Source: a bacterium (GTDB lineage Bacteria > UBA8248 > JACPRG01 > G963555815). From it: a stretch of DNA of 64,000 bases. Position numbers and translations under genes: made by a program. This document shows, one piece after another, positions 45,236 through 55,689 of the stretch. Position 1 is the stretch's first letter. The number at the start of each line of letters is the position of its first letter. The notes below the pieces were generated by a model. It did not search any database. It saw only the letters and a list, made by a program, of their open reading frames with translations, and was not told the DNA's origin. The stretch spans positions 672,001-736,000 of the forward strand of contig CBDHDG010000006.1 of assembly GCA_965261595.1 (NCBI GenBank). Reading direction: 5' to 3'.

Positions 45236-46068
45236 AATCGGTCAATCCCTGTCACCATGACCAGGAGGATCAGGATGAGGGTCAGGGTTTCGTGCTGGTT
45301 GAACATTCGCATCGAGATTTCGATCTGCTGGCCGATTCCCCCGGCCCCGACGAACCCCAGGATGGCCGCCGCTCGGATGGCGCACTCCCACCGATACAGG
45401 GCATAGGAGACAAGGTTGGGCAGGGCTTCGGGGAGGAATCCATACAGAAACGTCGAGAACCTGGACGCCCCGGTCGCCTGGAGGGCCTCGGCGGGCCGGG
45501 GGTTCACGCCCTCGAAAATCTCGGCGAACACCTTCCCCAGAATTCCCCCGTAGGCGACGCCGATGGCCAACACCCCGGGAAAGGGACCCAACCCCACGGC
45601 CCGGACGAAGATCAGCGCCCAGACAAACTCCGGGACCGCGCGCAAGACGTTCAGGACGAGCCGCGCCGCGAGGTAGGGGATAAACCGCAACACCTTATGC
45701 GCCGGCCTGCCCTCGACCTCTCTGTCGTGGAGCACGCCGGTGAACGAGAGGTTGCTCGCGGCGAAGATGGCCAGGGGGAACCCGATCGCGACGGCCAGGG
45801 CGGCTCCGAGGACGGAGATCTGGATGGTCTCCAGGGCGGGGCGCAACGTGAATCCGAGGAATTCCGCCGACAGATCCGGAGGGAACATTTCGCCGAGAAA
45901 AGAGAGGAGCCTGCCCCGCCCCTCGCCAAACAGCAGCGCTCCGGGGCGCACCTCGGCCATGCGCCAACTGGCCGTCACCGCGGCCAGGAAAATAAAAAAG
46001 GCGACGAACCGAAAAACGGATTGAGGGGGTCTAGCCGGAATGGCCGCCGGAGACACGGATGGGCTCAC
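45205..46068 (-). CDS. phnE: phosphonate-type ABC permease
   Basis: RAVPEFVWA..GLGPFPG..YRWECAIR. Confidence 0.85.
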   Translation of the reverse strand: MSPSVSPAAIPARPPQSVFRFVAFFIFLAAVTASWRMAEVRPGALLFGEGRGRLLSFLGEMFPPDLSAEFLGFTLRPALETIQISVLGAALAVAIGFPLAIFAASNLSFTGVLHDREVEGRPAHKVLRFIPYLAARLVLNVLRAVPEFVWALIFVRAVGLGPFPGVLAIGVAYGGILGKVFAEIFEGVNPRPAEALQATGASRFSTFLYGFLPEALPNLVSYALYRWECAIRAAAILGFVGAGGIGQQIEISMRMFNQHETLTLILILLVMVTGIDRLCAFVRRRVL

Positions 46069-46852
46069 TGTCAGGGACGGCGGCTAAGGAGAGAAAGTCC
46101 CGCCGCGCCTCCTCCATTTTCGGGGGGTAGAGCGCTTCAAGGTCGGCCGGGGAGATGTCCTCCGGCGCCCGATCGAAAAGGATCCGCCCCTGGCGGACGC
46201 CGACCACCCGCGGAAAATGTTCGAAGGCCAGCTCCACGCCGTGGAGGTTCATGGCCAGCGTCTTGCGGCCCTCCTCGCTCAGGCGAACCAGAAGCTTCAC
46301 AATCCCCTCCGCAAGGGAGGGGTCCACCGAGGAGACCGGCTCGTCCGCGAGGATGGCCGAGGGGTCCTGAATGAGGACCCGGGCGATGGCGACCCGCTGA
46401 CGCTCACCGCCGGAAAGGTCATCCGTCCGAGAAAAGAGTTTCTCAAGGATTCCGACGCGCGCGAGGACCGCCCCGGCGGCCTCGAGGTCGGTGGGACGGA
46501 TCAGCGACCGCAACGCCTGAGCGGCCCCCCAGGTCCCGAGACGTCCGGCCAGGACGTTGTGAACCACCCGGAGCCGGCCGACCAGGTTGTGGTGCTGGTA
46601 AACGGTCCCGATCTTCCGCCGGGTCTCCCGCAACCGCCTGCCCCGAAGACCGGCCACGTCCTCTCCGTCGATTCGGAACTCGCCGTCCGTGGGCTTGAGT
46701 GTGCAGTTGAGGACGCGAAAAAGGGTGGTCTTCCCGGCCCCGCTCGGGCCGATGAAGGCGACCCGCTCCCCCGGCCGGATTTCCAAGTCAATCCCGTCCA
46801 AGGCGACTTCGCCGGTCTTGAAACGCTTTGTCACCCCCCGTAACGTGAACAT
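46031..46852 (-). CDS. phnC: phosphonate-type ABC ATPase
   Basis: GPSGAGKT, LSGGERQRVAIAR, ADEPVSSVDP. Confidence 0.88.
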   Translation of the reverse strand: MFTLRGVTKRFKTGEVALDGIDLEIRPGERVAFIGPSGAGKTTLFRVLNCTLKPTDGEFRIDGEDVAGLRGRRLRETRRKIGTVYQHHNLVGRLRVVHNVLAGRLGTWGAAQALRSLIRPTDLEAAGAVLARVGILEKLFSRTDDLSGGERQRVAIARVLIQDPSAILADEPVSSVDPSLAEGIVKLLVRLSEEGRKTLAMNLHGVELAFEHFPRVVGVRQGRILFDRAPEDISPADLEALYPPKMEEARRDFLSLAAVPDSEPIRVSGGHSG

Positions 46853-47245
46853 TCAAACCTCTTGAAGAGTCGAAGACCTTGGGGGGACATTTTGAAAACT
46901 GTCCCCCCAACTCCCCCCTCGAAAACTTTCGTTTCGCGATAGCGTGCCGCCCTTCGGGCGGCACGCTATCGCAAGAACTGGTTTGTCCACCTAGGTGATG
47001 GGACCGCGCCCAACAAACGATCTGGGGACTCACCGTTTCCAAGCGCGGGTAAGGCCAAGCCATCAGGCTTGGCCACAAAAAGTTTTCCCAACCCCTGGGA
47101 GGGGGCGGAACGCGCGGCGTCAGGATTCGTCACTGGCGCGCTTGGTTGATCAACCTACAGATGATGTGCGCCGATCACATTGTTTAAACACAAGCACCTT
47201 CATCCGCGGCTTGGCCGGCACGCAAGTGCCCCCCCCTGGGGATTT

Positions 47246-48133
47246 TTACATGCTCTTACCCTTTTTCAGCAGTCCCGCAGCGATGGCGGCGGACTCGATG
47301 GCGGCGAAATCATCCTCGGTTGCCAGTATGTAACCCTTCGCCCGCTGGAGGTCCATGACCTTTCGGTGTTCCGGGTTCGCGTAATCCAAGCGCAGGAACG
47401 CGTGGACGATCTTGCTGACCAGCCGCCGGTCCAGACCGCCCCGGGCCGTCCAGTTGTAGTCGACGTATCCGGGCGTCGTCCAGATCACCTTCACCTTGCT
47501 GAGATCGACCTTTCCGGCCCGGACCAGCCTGTCCCACACGGCCTCGTTCAAGACACCGGCCTGGACCTGTCCGGCCTCCACCCATTTGGCCGTGGCGTCG
47601 TGCGCCCCGCTGTAGCTGAACTTCTTGAAATCGCGCTCGGGAATCAGCCCATTCTTCAGGAGGAAGTACCGGGGCATCAGGTGGCCGGAAGTGGAGCTCA
47701 CGCTTCCGAAGGCGAAGGTCTTTCCCTTCAGGTCCTTCAGACGCCGGACGCCCGAGTCTTTGTGGGCGATGAACTTGCTGTGGAAGTCCGCGTCGGAAAG
47801 CCGCATGACCAGCGCAATGGCGTTTCCGGTTCGCTTTCGGGCCTGGACGTGGGTGAAGCCGCCGTACCAGGCCAAATCGATCTTCTTCGCCGCCAGGGCC
47901 TCTACGGTCGCCGCGTAATCGACGACGGGGATGAACTTGACCTTCATCCCGAGCTGCTTTTCCAGGTACCTCACCAGGGGTTTGTTCTTCCTGAGCAGCT
48001 CCGTCGGGACCTCATCCGGGATGGCCGTCACCCGGAGAACCTTCGGCGTATCGGCCGAGACCGTCTGGACAAGATGGAAGAATATTCCCGCGAGGAGCGC
48101 CCATCCCACCGATCCCAAAGCACGTCTCATCAC
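47246..48133 (-). CDS. phnD: phosphate/phosphite/phosphonate-type substrate-binding protein
   Basis: AIPDE, DLAWYGGFT, SSTSGHLMP, YSGAHDAT. Confidence 0.82.
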   Translation of the reverse strand: MMRRALGSVGWALLAGIFFHLVQTVSADTPKVLRVTAIPDEVPTELLRKNKPLVRYLEKQLGMKVKFIPVVDYAATVEALAAKKIDLAWYGGFTHVQARKRTGNAIALVMRLSDADFHSKFIAHKDSGVRRLKDLKGKTFAFGSVSSTSGHLMPRYFLLKNGLIPERDFKKFSYSGAHDATAKWVEAGQVQAGVLNEAVWDRLVRAGKVDLSKVKVIWTTPGYVDYNWTARGGLDRRLVSKIVHAFLRLDYANPEHRKVMDLQRAKGYILATEDDFAAIESAAIAAGLLKKGKSM

Positions 48134-48293
48134 TTTTCGCTGTCCCTAAACACAGAGCCGTTGGGAAGTGGAATCCCGGCATCACCGGACGGAGACTTAC
48201 TACCATTATATATCTGATATTCCTATGCAACAAATCGGAATACCCAATGAACGGCTTTAGATCTATAGAAATTTTCGATTCCGGGATTTCATC

Positions 48294-49349
48294 TCATACC
48301 TTGAACCGGAAAAGGATGACGTCTCCCTCTTGGATGACGTACTCTTTTCCTTCGAGTCTCAGGAGCCCCCGCGGACGCGCGGCCGCCCAGGAGCCGGCCC
48401 GCATCAGGTCCTCGTACGAAACCGTCTCGGCCCGGATGAATCCCCGCTCCAGGTCCGAGTGGATCGCGCCGGCGGCCCTCACGGCGGGCATCCCTTTCAG
48501 GATCGGCCAGGCGCGGCTTTCCGGCTCCCCGGTCGTCAGAAACGTGACCAGCCCGAGGAGGTCATACGTCATTCGGATGACGCGCTCGCGCGAGAAGGTC
48601 TCCACGCCCATATCCCGGGCGAACTCCTCGATCTGGTCTCCCATTTCCAACAGGTCCATTTCGAGCGCCGCGCAGAATGAAGTCCAGGCGGTCCGGGGCT
48701 GAGAAACGGTTTCTTTTCGGTCCTCCGGGAGACTGAAATCCCGCTGGTCTTCGCCGGTGTTGAAGACGACCAGCAGGGGTTTTGCGGACAGGAAGGCATA
48801 CCCGCGCAGACGTTTTTCGTCCTCCGCTTCGAAATCGAGGGCCCGGAGGGGAACGCTCGCCTCCAGGGCTTCCCGGCAGCGGACCAACACGTCCCGGTCG
48901 GGGATGAGGTCCTTTCCGCCCTTGGCGATTTCCACTTCGAGCCGCTCCATTCGCCCTTCGATGATCTGAAGGTCGGAGACCATCAAGTCCGCGTGGACCG
49001 ATTCCAGCTCCGCGGCCGCGTCGGGGGGCGGCGCGCCGGGGGCCTCCGGAAAGGCGCGAATGACAAGCAGAAGGGCGTCGGCGTCCCGGACGCCGGACAG
49101 GAACCGGTCGTCCATCTGCCGCCCGCCTTCCCCCAGGCCGACCAGGTCGGCATATTCGATGGCGGCGTAGGTTTTCTTTTTCGACGCCGACAATTCAGCC
49201 AGCCGATCCACGCGGGGGTCGGGGACGTGGACAACGGCCAGGCGTGTCTCGGCCCGTCCGCCGGAGCGCAGGTCCGCCCCGGCTTCGGTGAGGGCGTTGA
49301 AGACTGTGGTCTTGCCGCTCCCCGGCAAGCCGATCAAAGCGATTTTCAA
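48294..49349 (-). CDS. ychF: YchF-like redox-regulated ATPase (DUF933)
   Basis: GLPGSGKTT, VPDPR, AGAIHSDLERGFIRAE, EGKEYVIQEGD. Confidence 0.85.
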   Translation of the reverse strand: MKIALIGLPGSGKTTVFNALTEAGADLRSGGRAETRLAVVHVPDPRVDRLAELSASKKKTYAAIEYADLVGLGEGGRQMDDRFLSGVRDADALLLVIRAFPEAPGAPPPDAAAELESVHADLMVSDLQIIEGRMERLEVEIAKGGKDLIPDRDVLVRCREALEASVPLRALDFEAEDEKRLRGYAFLSAKPLLVVFNTGEDQRDFSLPEDRKETVSQPRTAWTSFCAALEMDLLEMGDQIEEFARDMGVETFSRERVIRMTYDLLGLVTFLTTGEPESRAWPILKGMPAVRAAGAIHSDLERGFIRAETVSYEDLMRAGSWAAARPRGLLRLEGKEYVIQEGDVILFRFKV

Positions 49350-49439
49350 ATACAGACTCCTTGTGAGAATAGGGGAAAACCCGGGGAGGACGGACTCAAC
49401 CGGAGGGGGTGATCGGGACGGCCCCCGGAAAAACCCTTT

Positions 49440-50846
49440 TCACTCCGCCGCGGGCATGCCGCCGGTGACCTGGAAATCGTCGATCAGCATCGCCGGGACG
49501 ACGCACGTCGCGCCGCCTTCCCAGGACGCCCTGACGCGCTCGCGCTCCCGGCTCATCGCCCGGATGTTTCCGAACGCCTCCAGCATTCCCTGCGTAAACC
49601 GAAGGTTGTAGAGGGGGTGTTGGATTTTTCCGTCCTCGACCCAGAACGCCCCGTCCCGCGTCATGCCCGTCATGAGAGCCGTGGGGGAGTGAAGCAGGCC
49701 GTTCACGTAATGGAACCGCGTCACCCAAACCCCCCGCTCGATCCCGGAGGGGAGGTCATCCAAGGCCGTCCCGCCGGGATCGACGAACAGGTTCCGGGGG
49801 AGCGATTCGACCGAAAGGTCCAGAGACGCGGCGTGGCCCGAGGGGTTTCGATTGGCCCGGCTCGCCTGAGCCGAGTCCATCACGACGCCCCGGGCGATTC
49901 CGTTTTCGATGAGGTCCACGGGGCGCTTCGGATTCCCTTCCGCGTCGAACGGGATCGGCAGCCCCTCCTTGTCTTCGCCGTCGTCCCGGAGCGAGAAACG
50001 TCCGCCCGATATTTTCTCGCCGATCCGGCCGCTCATGAACCCCCGCCCGTCCAGGTGGGCCTGGGCGCCGAGGCCGATGAACGACATCCACTCCAGGACC
50101 TCCGCCACGCAGGGCGGCTCCAGGAGGACGGTGTACCGGCCGGGGTCCAGGGTGCGCGGCGAGACCGACAGGGCGCACTTCCTCACAGCCCGCCCGGCGA
50201 GGGCGGCCAGGTCCAGATCGCCGACCCTCGGAGAGAGGCCGTGGGCGTAGCCGGAGGGGGTGTAGTTCCCGTCCCGATCGCCTTCGGCGATGAGGATCGT
50301 CTCGGCGAACGTCCGGGCGGCGTAGGCCCGGAGGCCCGCCGTGTTGGCGGCGGCGCGCTCCTCCCCCCACGTGCCGAACACGCCCGCAATCGTCTGCCCG
50401 CGCTCCGCGGCGATCCCGAAGGCCCGGGACAGGGCTTCGGCCCGGCCGGCCGCGCCGAAGGCGGCCGTCTCGCCGTCCGTCGGCCCGTCCGGCCCGCCCG
50501 CCGCGTCCGGCGCGTCCCATGGCTCCGCCACCGGGCCGAGGTGGTCGGCCTCGGGCGATACGCGGGCTGCGCGCACGGCGTCCTCCAGCGCGCCCCGCAG
50601 GGCCTCGGGCGTCAGGCGGTTCGTCGAGGCCGCGCCGACTTTCCGCCCCAGGGCCGCCCGGACCGAGATGGACAGGGAGGTCTCCTCCGCGCTCTGGTGA
50701 ATCCGCGATCGCGCGCACCGGGCGTATCCCCCCGAGCGGCGGACGAGAAAGACCTCGACCCGGTCCGCGGGGGGATCCTTCAGAAGGGCGTCGAGCGGGG
50801 AGAGGGCCCGGCCGGCCCCGAGGGCGTCGTGTTCGGGACCCGGCAT
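49440..50846 (-). CDS. TldD/PmbA family protein
   Basis: LDPGRYTVLLEP, PFDAEG, TRFHY..TGMTRDG; start MPGPEH. Confidence 0.88.
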   Translation of the reverse strand: MPGPEHDALGAGRALSPLDALLKDPPADRVEVFLVRRSGGYARCARSRIHQSAEETSLSISVRAALGRKVGAASTNRLTPEALRGALEDAVRAARVSPEADHLGPVAEPWDAPDAAGGPDGPTDGETAAFGAAGRAEALSRAFGIAAERGQTIAGVFGTWGEERAAANTAGLRAYAARTFAETILIAEGDRDGNYTPSGYAHGLSPRVGDLDLAALAGRAVRKCALSVSPRTLDPGRYTVLLEPPCVAEVLEWMSFIGLGAQAHLDGRGFMSGRIGEKISGGRFSLRDDGEDKEGLPIPFDAEGNPKRPVDLIENGIARGVVMDSAQASRANRNPSGHAASLDLSVESLPRNLFVDPGGTALDDLPSGIERGVWVTRFHYVNGLLHSPTALMTGMTRDGAFWVEDGKIQHPLYNLRFTQGMLEAFGNIRAMSRERERVRASWEGGATCVVPAMLIDDFQVTGGMPAAE

Positions 50847-52309
50847 CACTCGCTCCGGACCCGGACGCCCCGGAACCGGGCGGGCGCCGCGCCGTGGCCC
50901 ACGTGGGCCGTCTGCATCGGGACCCCCTTGCCGCAATTGGGCAGGCCCCACATCCTCCAATCGGAAGCGCCGCACACCGCGTCGCACGAATTCCAGAACC
51001 GGGGGGTGATCCCCGCGTAGATGGGGTCTTTATAGAGCGTGCCGAGGCGGCCGTTGCGAATCTCCCGGGCGGTCTCGCAGCCAAACTGGAAGTGAAGCCG
51101 CTGGTCGTCGATGCTCCAGCTCTTGTTGGTCTCGATGAGGAGCCCCCGCCGGGTGTCGGCGATGAGGTCATCCAGCGTGGGCGCGCCCCGGCCGCCGGGC
51201 TCCAGGTTGATGTTCACCATGCGGATGAGCGGGATGCGCCCCCAGGAATCGGCGCGCATGCAGCCGTTGCTCTCCTCGCCCAGGAGGGCGGCGGACTCCC
51301 GCGAGCTCATGTAGCCGACGAACAGCCCTTCCTCGACGATGGGGACCCTCCGGGGCTTCACGCCTTCGTCGTCGTAACCGTAGCTGCCCAGGGCGCCGGG
51401 GATCGTTCCGTCGGCGTAAATGTTCACCAGGTCCGAGGCGTAATGGAAGCTTCCGCGCTTGTCGGGGGTGAGGAAGCTGCCGCCCGCCAGGCTGATCTCG
51501 TCGCCGAACACCCGGTCCAGCTCGACGGGGTGGCCGCACGATTCGTGCATCTGGAGGCAGAGCTGGTCGGATCCCAGGATGATGTCGTAGTCCCCTTCGG
51601 GGACCGGGGGGGCGGAGAGGAGCGCGAGCGCTTCCTCCAGGACCCCGGGGGCGGCCTCGGCGAGGCCCATCTCCCGGATGAACTCATATCCCCGCTGGGC
51701 GAAGTCCCCGCCGTGGCCGGTGGGGAACGACCGGGTCTGAATCTCGCTCCCCTCGGCGACGGTGCACGTCAGCCCCGCGCCCGTTTCGGTGAACGCCTGT
51801 TCGATCCAGGCCCCGTCGGCGCCGGCGAAGATCTTCTCGACCCGGAAGGAGACCATCCGGGCGGCGGCGGCGACGGCCTTGGGGTGGGTCATGGTCTCGG
51901 AGGCCCGGACCAGCAGGTCGATCTTCTCCTCCAGGGGGACCTGGAAGGGGTCCTCTTCGCACAGGCCCGCGTAGGTCCCGACCTCGGGCGGCGAGCGGTC
52001 CAGCCGCACGCCTTTCGGGTTGACCCGCGCGGCGGCCTCGGCGACGGCCATGGCCCGGTCCGCCGTCCGAATCAGTAATTCTTCCGCTCCGTCCGGACCG
52101 TCGGATCCTTCAGGCGCGGCGGCGAACCCCCAGGCCCCTTTGTGGAGCACCCGAACGCCGAATCCCGCGTCCTCCGCCCGGTTCACCGACTGGACCCGGC
52201 CGTTCTTGACGGCGAGGCGCTCGCTGCGGCCGGCCATCCGGCGGACGTCGGCGTATTCCACACCCCGGCTTTTGAGGTGATGCAAGGCGGCTTGGATGGT
52301 ATCTTTCAT
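50846..52309 (-). CDS. tldD: TldD family metalloprotease
   Basis: GFGVRVL, QMHESCGHPVELDR, DDEGV, NCGKGVP. Confidence 0.9.
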   Translation of the reverse strand: MKDTIQAALHHLKSRGVEYADVRRMAGRSERLAVKNGRVQSVNRAEDAGFGVRVLHKGAWGFAAAPEGSDGPDGAEELLIRTADRAMAVAEAAARVNPKGVRLDRSPPEVGTYAGLCEEDPFQVPLEEKIDLLVRASETMTHPKAVAAAARMVSFRVEKIFAGADGAWIEQAFTETGAGLTCTVAEGSEIQTRSFPTGHGGDFAQRGYEFIREMGLAEAAPGVLEEALALLSAPPVPEGDYDIILGSDQLCLQMHESCGHPVELDRVFGDEISLAGGSFLTPDKRGSFHYASDLVNIYADGTIPGALGSYGYDDEGVKPRRVPIVEEGLFVGYMSSRESAALLGEESNGCMRADSWGRIPLIRMVNINLEPGGRGAPTLDDLIADTRRGLLIETNKSWSIDDQRLHFQFGCETAREIRNGRLGTLYKDPIYAGITPRFWNSCDAVCGASDWRMWGLPNCGKGVPMQTAHVGHGAAPARFRGVRVRSE

Positions 52310-52418
52310 GTATTCATCCGGCTCGGATTCCCGATGGACCGATTCGAAGACCCGCCTTCGATTGACGGTAGAATATCATCGATCCTCGATGCCCGGGAGA
52401 AGGGGGGGGAGGGGGGCC

Positions 52419-53381
52419 ATGCGATACCGCACACTCGGACGGACCGGCCTGGACGTCTCCGTGATCTGCCTCGGGACGATGCAGTTCGGCTGGACGGCGG
52501 ACGAGCCCGCCTCTTTCCGAATCCTGGACGCCTACCTGGAGGCCGGGGGCAATTTCCTCGACACGGCGGACATCTACAGCTTCTGGTCGTCGAAGAGCTA
52601 CGCGGGGAAGACGGAAGAGATCCTCGGCCGGTGGATCGCCGAGCGGAAAAACCGCGACCGGTTCATCCTGGCCACGAAGGTCCACGGCCGGATGTGGGAC
52701 GGACCGGACGGCGAGGGACTGGGCCGGGCGCACATCCTCCGGGCCGTCGAGGACAGCCTGCGCCGCCTCCGGACCGACCATATCGATCTGTACCAGACCC
52801 ACCGGCCGGACCCCGACACTTCCAAGGAGGAGACGCTGGACGTGATGGACCGGCTGGTCCGGGAGGGCAAGGTCCGCCACATCGGCTGCTCGAATTATTC
52901 CGCCGGCGACCTCCGGGAAAGCCTGTCCGTCAGCCGCGCCAAAGGGTGCGTCCGCTTCGAGTCCCACCAGCCCTATTACAACCTGGCGGGGCGGACGGAG
53001 TCCGAGGAGGCCCTCCTCGGCCTCTGCGAGGCGGAAGGGATCGGCGTCATCCCGTATTCCCCCCTGGCCGGGGGATTCCTCACGGGAAAATACCGGCGGG
53101 ACGAGAAGCCGGCCGGCTCGGACCGCATGACCGACATCCGGATGCGGTATCTCAACGACCGGGGATACGGCATCGTCGAGAAGGCGGAGGAGATCGGGAA
53201 GTCCCGGGGCGTATCCACGGCGGCCGTGTCGCTGGGCTGGCTGCTGAGCCGGGCCGCGGTCACCGCGCCCATCATCGGGGCCAACTCCGTTGAACAGCTT
53301 CGGGAGAGCCTTCAGGCGGGAGATCTGGTTCTTTCCCCGGAAGAGGTCGCCGAGCTGGACCGCGTGAGCGCGCCGGTCTGA
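52419..53381 (+). CDS. aldo/keto reductase
   Basis: LGTMQFG, DTADIY, SLRRLRTDHIDLYQ, IGCSN, YSPLAGG. Confidence 0.93.
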   Translation: MRYRTLGRTGLDVSVICLGTMQFGWTADEPASFRILDAYLEAGGNFLDTADIYSFWSSKSYAGKTEEILGRWIAERKNRDRFILATKVHGRMWDGPDGEGLGRAHILRAVEDSLRRLRTDHIDLYQTHRPDPDTSKEETLDVMDRLVREGKVRHIGCSNYSAGDLRESLSVSRAKGCVRFESHQPYYNLAGRTESEEALLGLCEAEGIGVIPYSPLAGGFLTGKYRRDEKPAGSDRMTDIRMRYLNDRGYGIVEKAEEIGKSRGVSTAAVSLGWLLSRAAVTAPIIGANSVEQLRESLQAGDLVLSPEEVAELDRVSAPV

Positions 53382-53530
53382 CGGAAGCCGGCCGGGGCGG
53401 GATTTGAGCGGAAGGGAATTCGCGGTACGATGGAATGACCCCCCGGCGGGCCTATCGATCCCGGCCGGGCCGCGGCCCTACGCGGGTCCGCTCCGCCCGA
53501 AGCGGCCGGGAATCCTGGGAGGAGTCTCTT

Positions 53531-54358
53531 ATGAAGGACCGAAGTATCCTGATGGAGCCCGTCGCGTTCATCGGCGAGGAGGCCGGCAGGCAGGCGGAGG
53601 AGTTCCGGATTGGGTCGGAGTCGGACTGGAAACGGCCGACGTTCTGCGAGGGCTGGACCCGGAAGCACATCGTCGCCCACGCCGCGATTGGGGCGAGCTT
53701 TTATGCGCAGGTGGTCGCCTCCGGCGTGCGGGAGAAGCCGCAACCGCCCTTCGGGGCGTCCGATCGGGAGACGTTTCTTCAGCATCGCAACGACCGAATG
53801 GCCAAGTTGCTCGACCTGGCGTCGGACCGCCTCGTCGATGAATTCGAGATGGAGCATCACCGCTTTGTCCGGGCCGTCGAATCGTTGAGCCTGGACGACC
53901 TCCGGCTACCGGCCTGGCACCCCATGGGAAAGATTCCGGTGGGTCATTTCGCGGGCATGCGTCTGCACGAGCTCGCCCTGCACGACTGGGACATCCGGGC
54001 GCCCGAGGATCCCGGCGCCGTTTTGCGGACCCATCTGCTCACCCCCCTGCTTCGCGCCTTGCCCCTCATGCAGGCCCAATTTCTGAATCTGAGACCCGCG
54101 GCGGATGCCCCCGACGGCCGCTTCCGGCTCGTCCCGAATGAGGCCGCCCCCTGGGCGCTGTCGATCCGCCGCGGCCTGGCGAGCCTGGCGGAGACCGACG
54201 AGACCGAGGCGGAGGTGACGGGCGACGGAGAGGCACTTATCCTCCATACGACCGGAAGGGTGAGCTGGAGGGACGCCGAAGGGCAAGGCCGCCTGTCCAT
54301 CCAGGGCGACCGCCCGAAGGCGGAAAAGCTCCTCGACGCCCTGTCCGTTTCTTATTGA
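53531..54358 (+). CDS. maleylpyruvate isomerase (MDMPI/DinB-like) family protein
   Basis: WKRPTFCEGWT..VAH and HELALHDWDI motifs. Confidence 0.75.
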   Translation: MKDRSILMEPVAFIGEEAGRQAEEFRIGSESDWKRPTFCEGWTRKHIVAHAAIGASFYAQVVASGVREKPQPPFGASDRETFLQHRNDRMAKLLDLASDRLVDEFEMEHHRFVRAVESLSLDDLRLPAWHPMGKIPVGHFAGMRLHELALHDWDIRAPEDPGAVLRTHLLTPLLRALPLMQAQFLNLRPAADAPDGRFRLVPNEAAPWALSIRRGLASLAETDETEAEVTGDGEALILHTTGRVSWRDAEGQGRLSIQGDRPKAEKLLDALSVSY

Positions 54359-54440
54359 CCCGGCAAGTCCTCGGATGGAACGGGGCGGCGCCCGCGGTCA
54401 TTCTTTTTGTTTGTGAATGGAGCTGGGAGGAGAACACGGA

Positions 54441-55631
54441 ATGACGGAGACAGCCAAGAATCTCGGCGCTTTCTGCGATTGGGCCGAGGTCCATCTGCCC
54501 GGCAAGGCCGGCGGGCCGCTGTCGGGCCTGCGCTTTGCGGTCAAGGACCTGTACGACGTCGAGGGTCACGTCACCGGGTGCGGCAACCCCGACTGGCTCG
54601 CGACCCACGAACCGGCGGAGTCCACCGCCCCGGCGGTGACGCGGCTCGTCGAGGCGGGGGCCACGATGATCGGCAAGACGATCACGGACGAGCTGGCGTT
54701 CAGCCTGTTCGGCGAGAACTTCCATTACGGCGCGCCGGTGAACACCCGCGCGCCGGATCGGGTTCCCGGCGGCTCTTCCAGCGGCTCGGCCGCGGCCGTG
54801 GCGGGCGGGCTTGTCGACTTCGCCGTCGGCTCGGACACCGGCGGCTCCGTCCGGGTTCCGGCGAGCTTTTGCGGCATCTTGGGCATCCGGCCGACCCATG
54901 GCCGGATATCCATCGAGGGCTGCATGCCCCTGGCCTCCACCTTTGACACGGTGGGTTGGTTCGCCAATGACCCGGAGCTGCTGGAGCGCGTCGGGCGGGT
55001 GCTGCTCGACGAGCCGGCGGGGTCGAAACAGCCGGGGAGGGGGGGAGTTCTCATCGCCGAGGACGCGTTCGACCTCCTTGAACCCTCGTCCCGGGACCCG
55101 GTTTCGAGGGCGCTGGAGGGCCTGAAACGGACCCTAGGGGCGCCGCAGCCGGTGGCGCTGGCCGCGGATCTCGAGGACTGGCGGCTGGCCTTCCTCGCCG
55201 TCAACGGCCCGGAGATCTGGGAGGCGCACGGAGACTGGATCACGAAGACGAAGCCGCGCTTCGGCCCGTTCATCCAGGGGCGTTTCGAGGTGGTCTCCCA
55301 GGCCACCGCCGAGCGGGCCGCGCCAGGGCGGGAAACGCTCGCCCGGGCGGCCGCCAAGATGGCGGAGCTCCTCGATGGGGATAAGGTCCTCATCCTTCCG
55401 ACGACGCCGGGCCCCGCGCCCTTCCTCAAAACGCCGCCGGAAGATGTGGAAAGTTTCCGGCAGCGAATCCTCGGCCTGACCTGCGTTGCGGGCCTGGCCC
55501 GGCTGCCGCAGGTCAATCTGCCTTTGGCCGCGGCGGACGGCGCGCCGGTGGGGATTTCCATCCTCGCGGCTTCCGGGGGCGACATGATGCTCCTAGGCCT
55601 GGCGCGGGAGATCATGCGGGCGGCCGGATAG
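54441..55631 (+). CDS. amidase signature family protein
   Basis: AVKD, PGGSSSGS, GSDTGGSVRVPA. Confidence 0.93.
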   Translation: MTETAKNLGAFCDWAEVHLPGKAGGPLSGLRFAVKDLYDVEGHVTGCGNPDWLATHEPAESTAPAVTRLVEAGATMIGKTITDELAFSLFGENFHYGAPVNTRAPDRVPGGSSSGSAAAVAGGLVDFAVGSDTGGSVRVPASFCGILGIRPTHGRISIEGCMPLASTFDTVGWFANDPELLERVGRVLLDEPAGSKQPGRGGVLIAEDAFDLLEPSSRDPVSRALEGLKRTLGAPQPVALAADLEDWRLAFLAVNGPEIWEAHGDWITKTKPRFGPFIQGRFEVVSQATAERAAPGRETLARAAAKMAELLDGDKVLILPTTPGPAPFLKTPPEDVESFRQRILGLTCVAGLARLPQVNLPLAAADGAPVGISILAASGGDMMLLGLAREIMRAAG

Positions 55632-55689
55632 GCCTCGCGGAGCGGGTGGGCGGCCGGAAGGCGAAGGATCGACGGCCCGCTGGGACGCC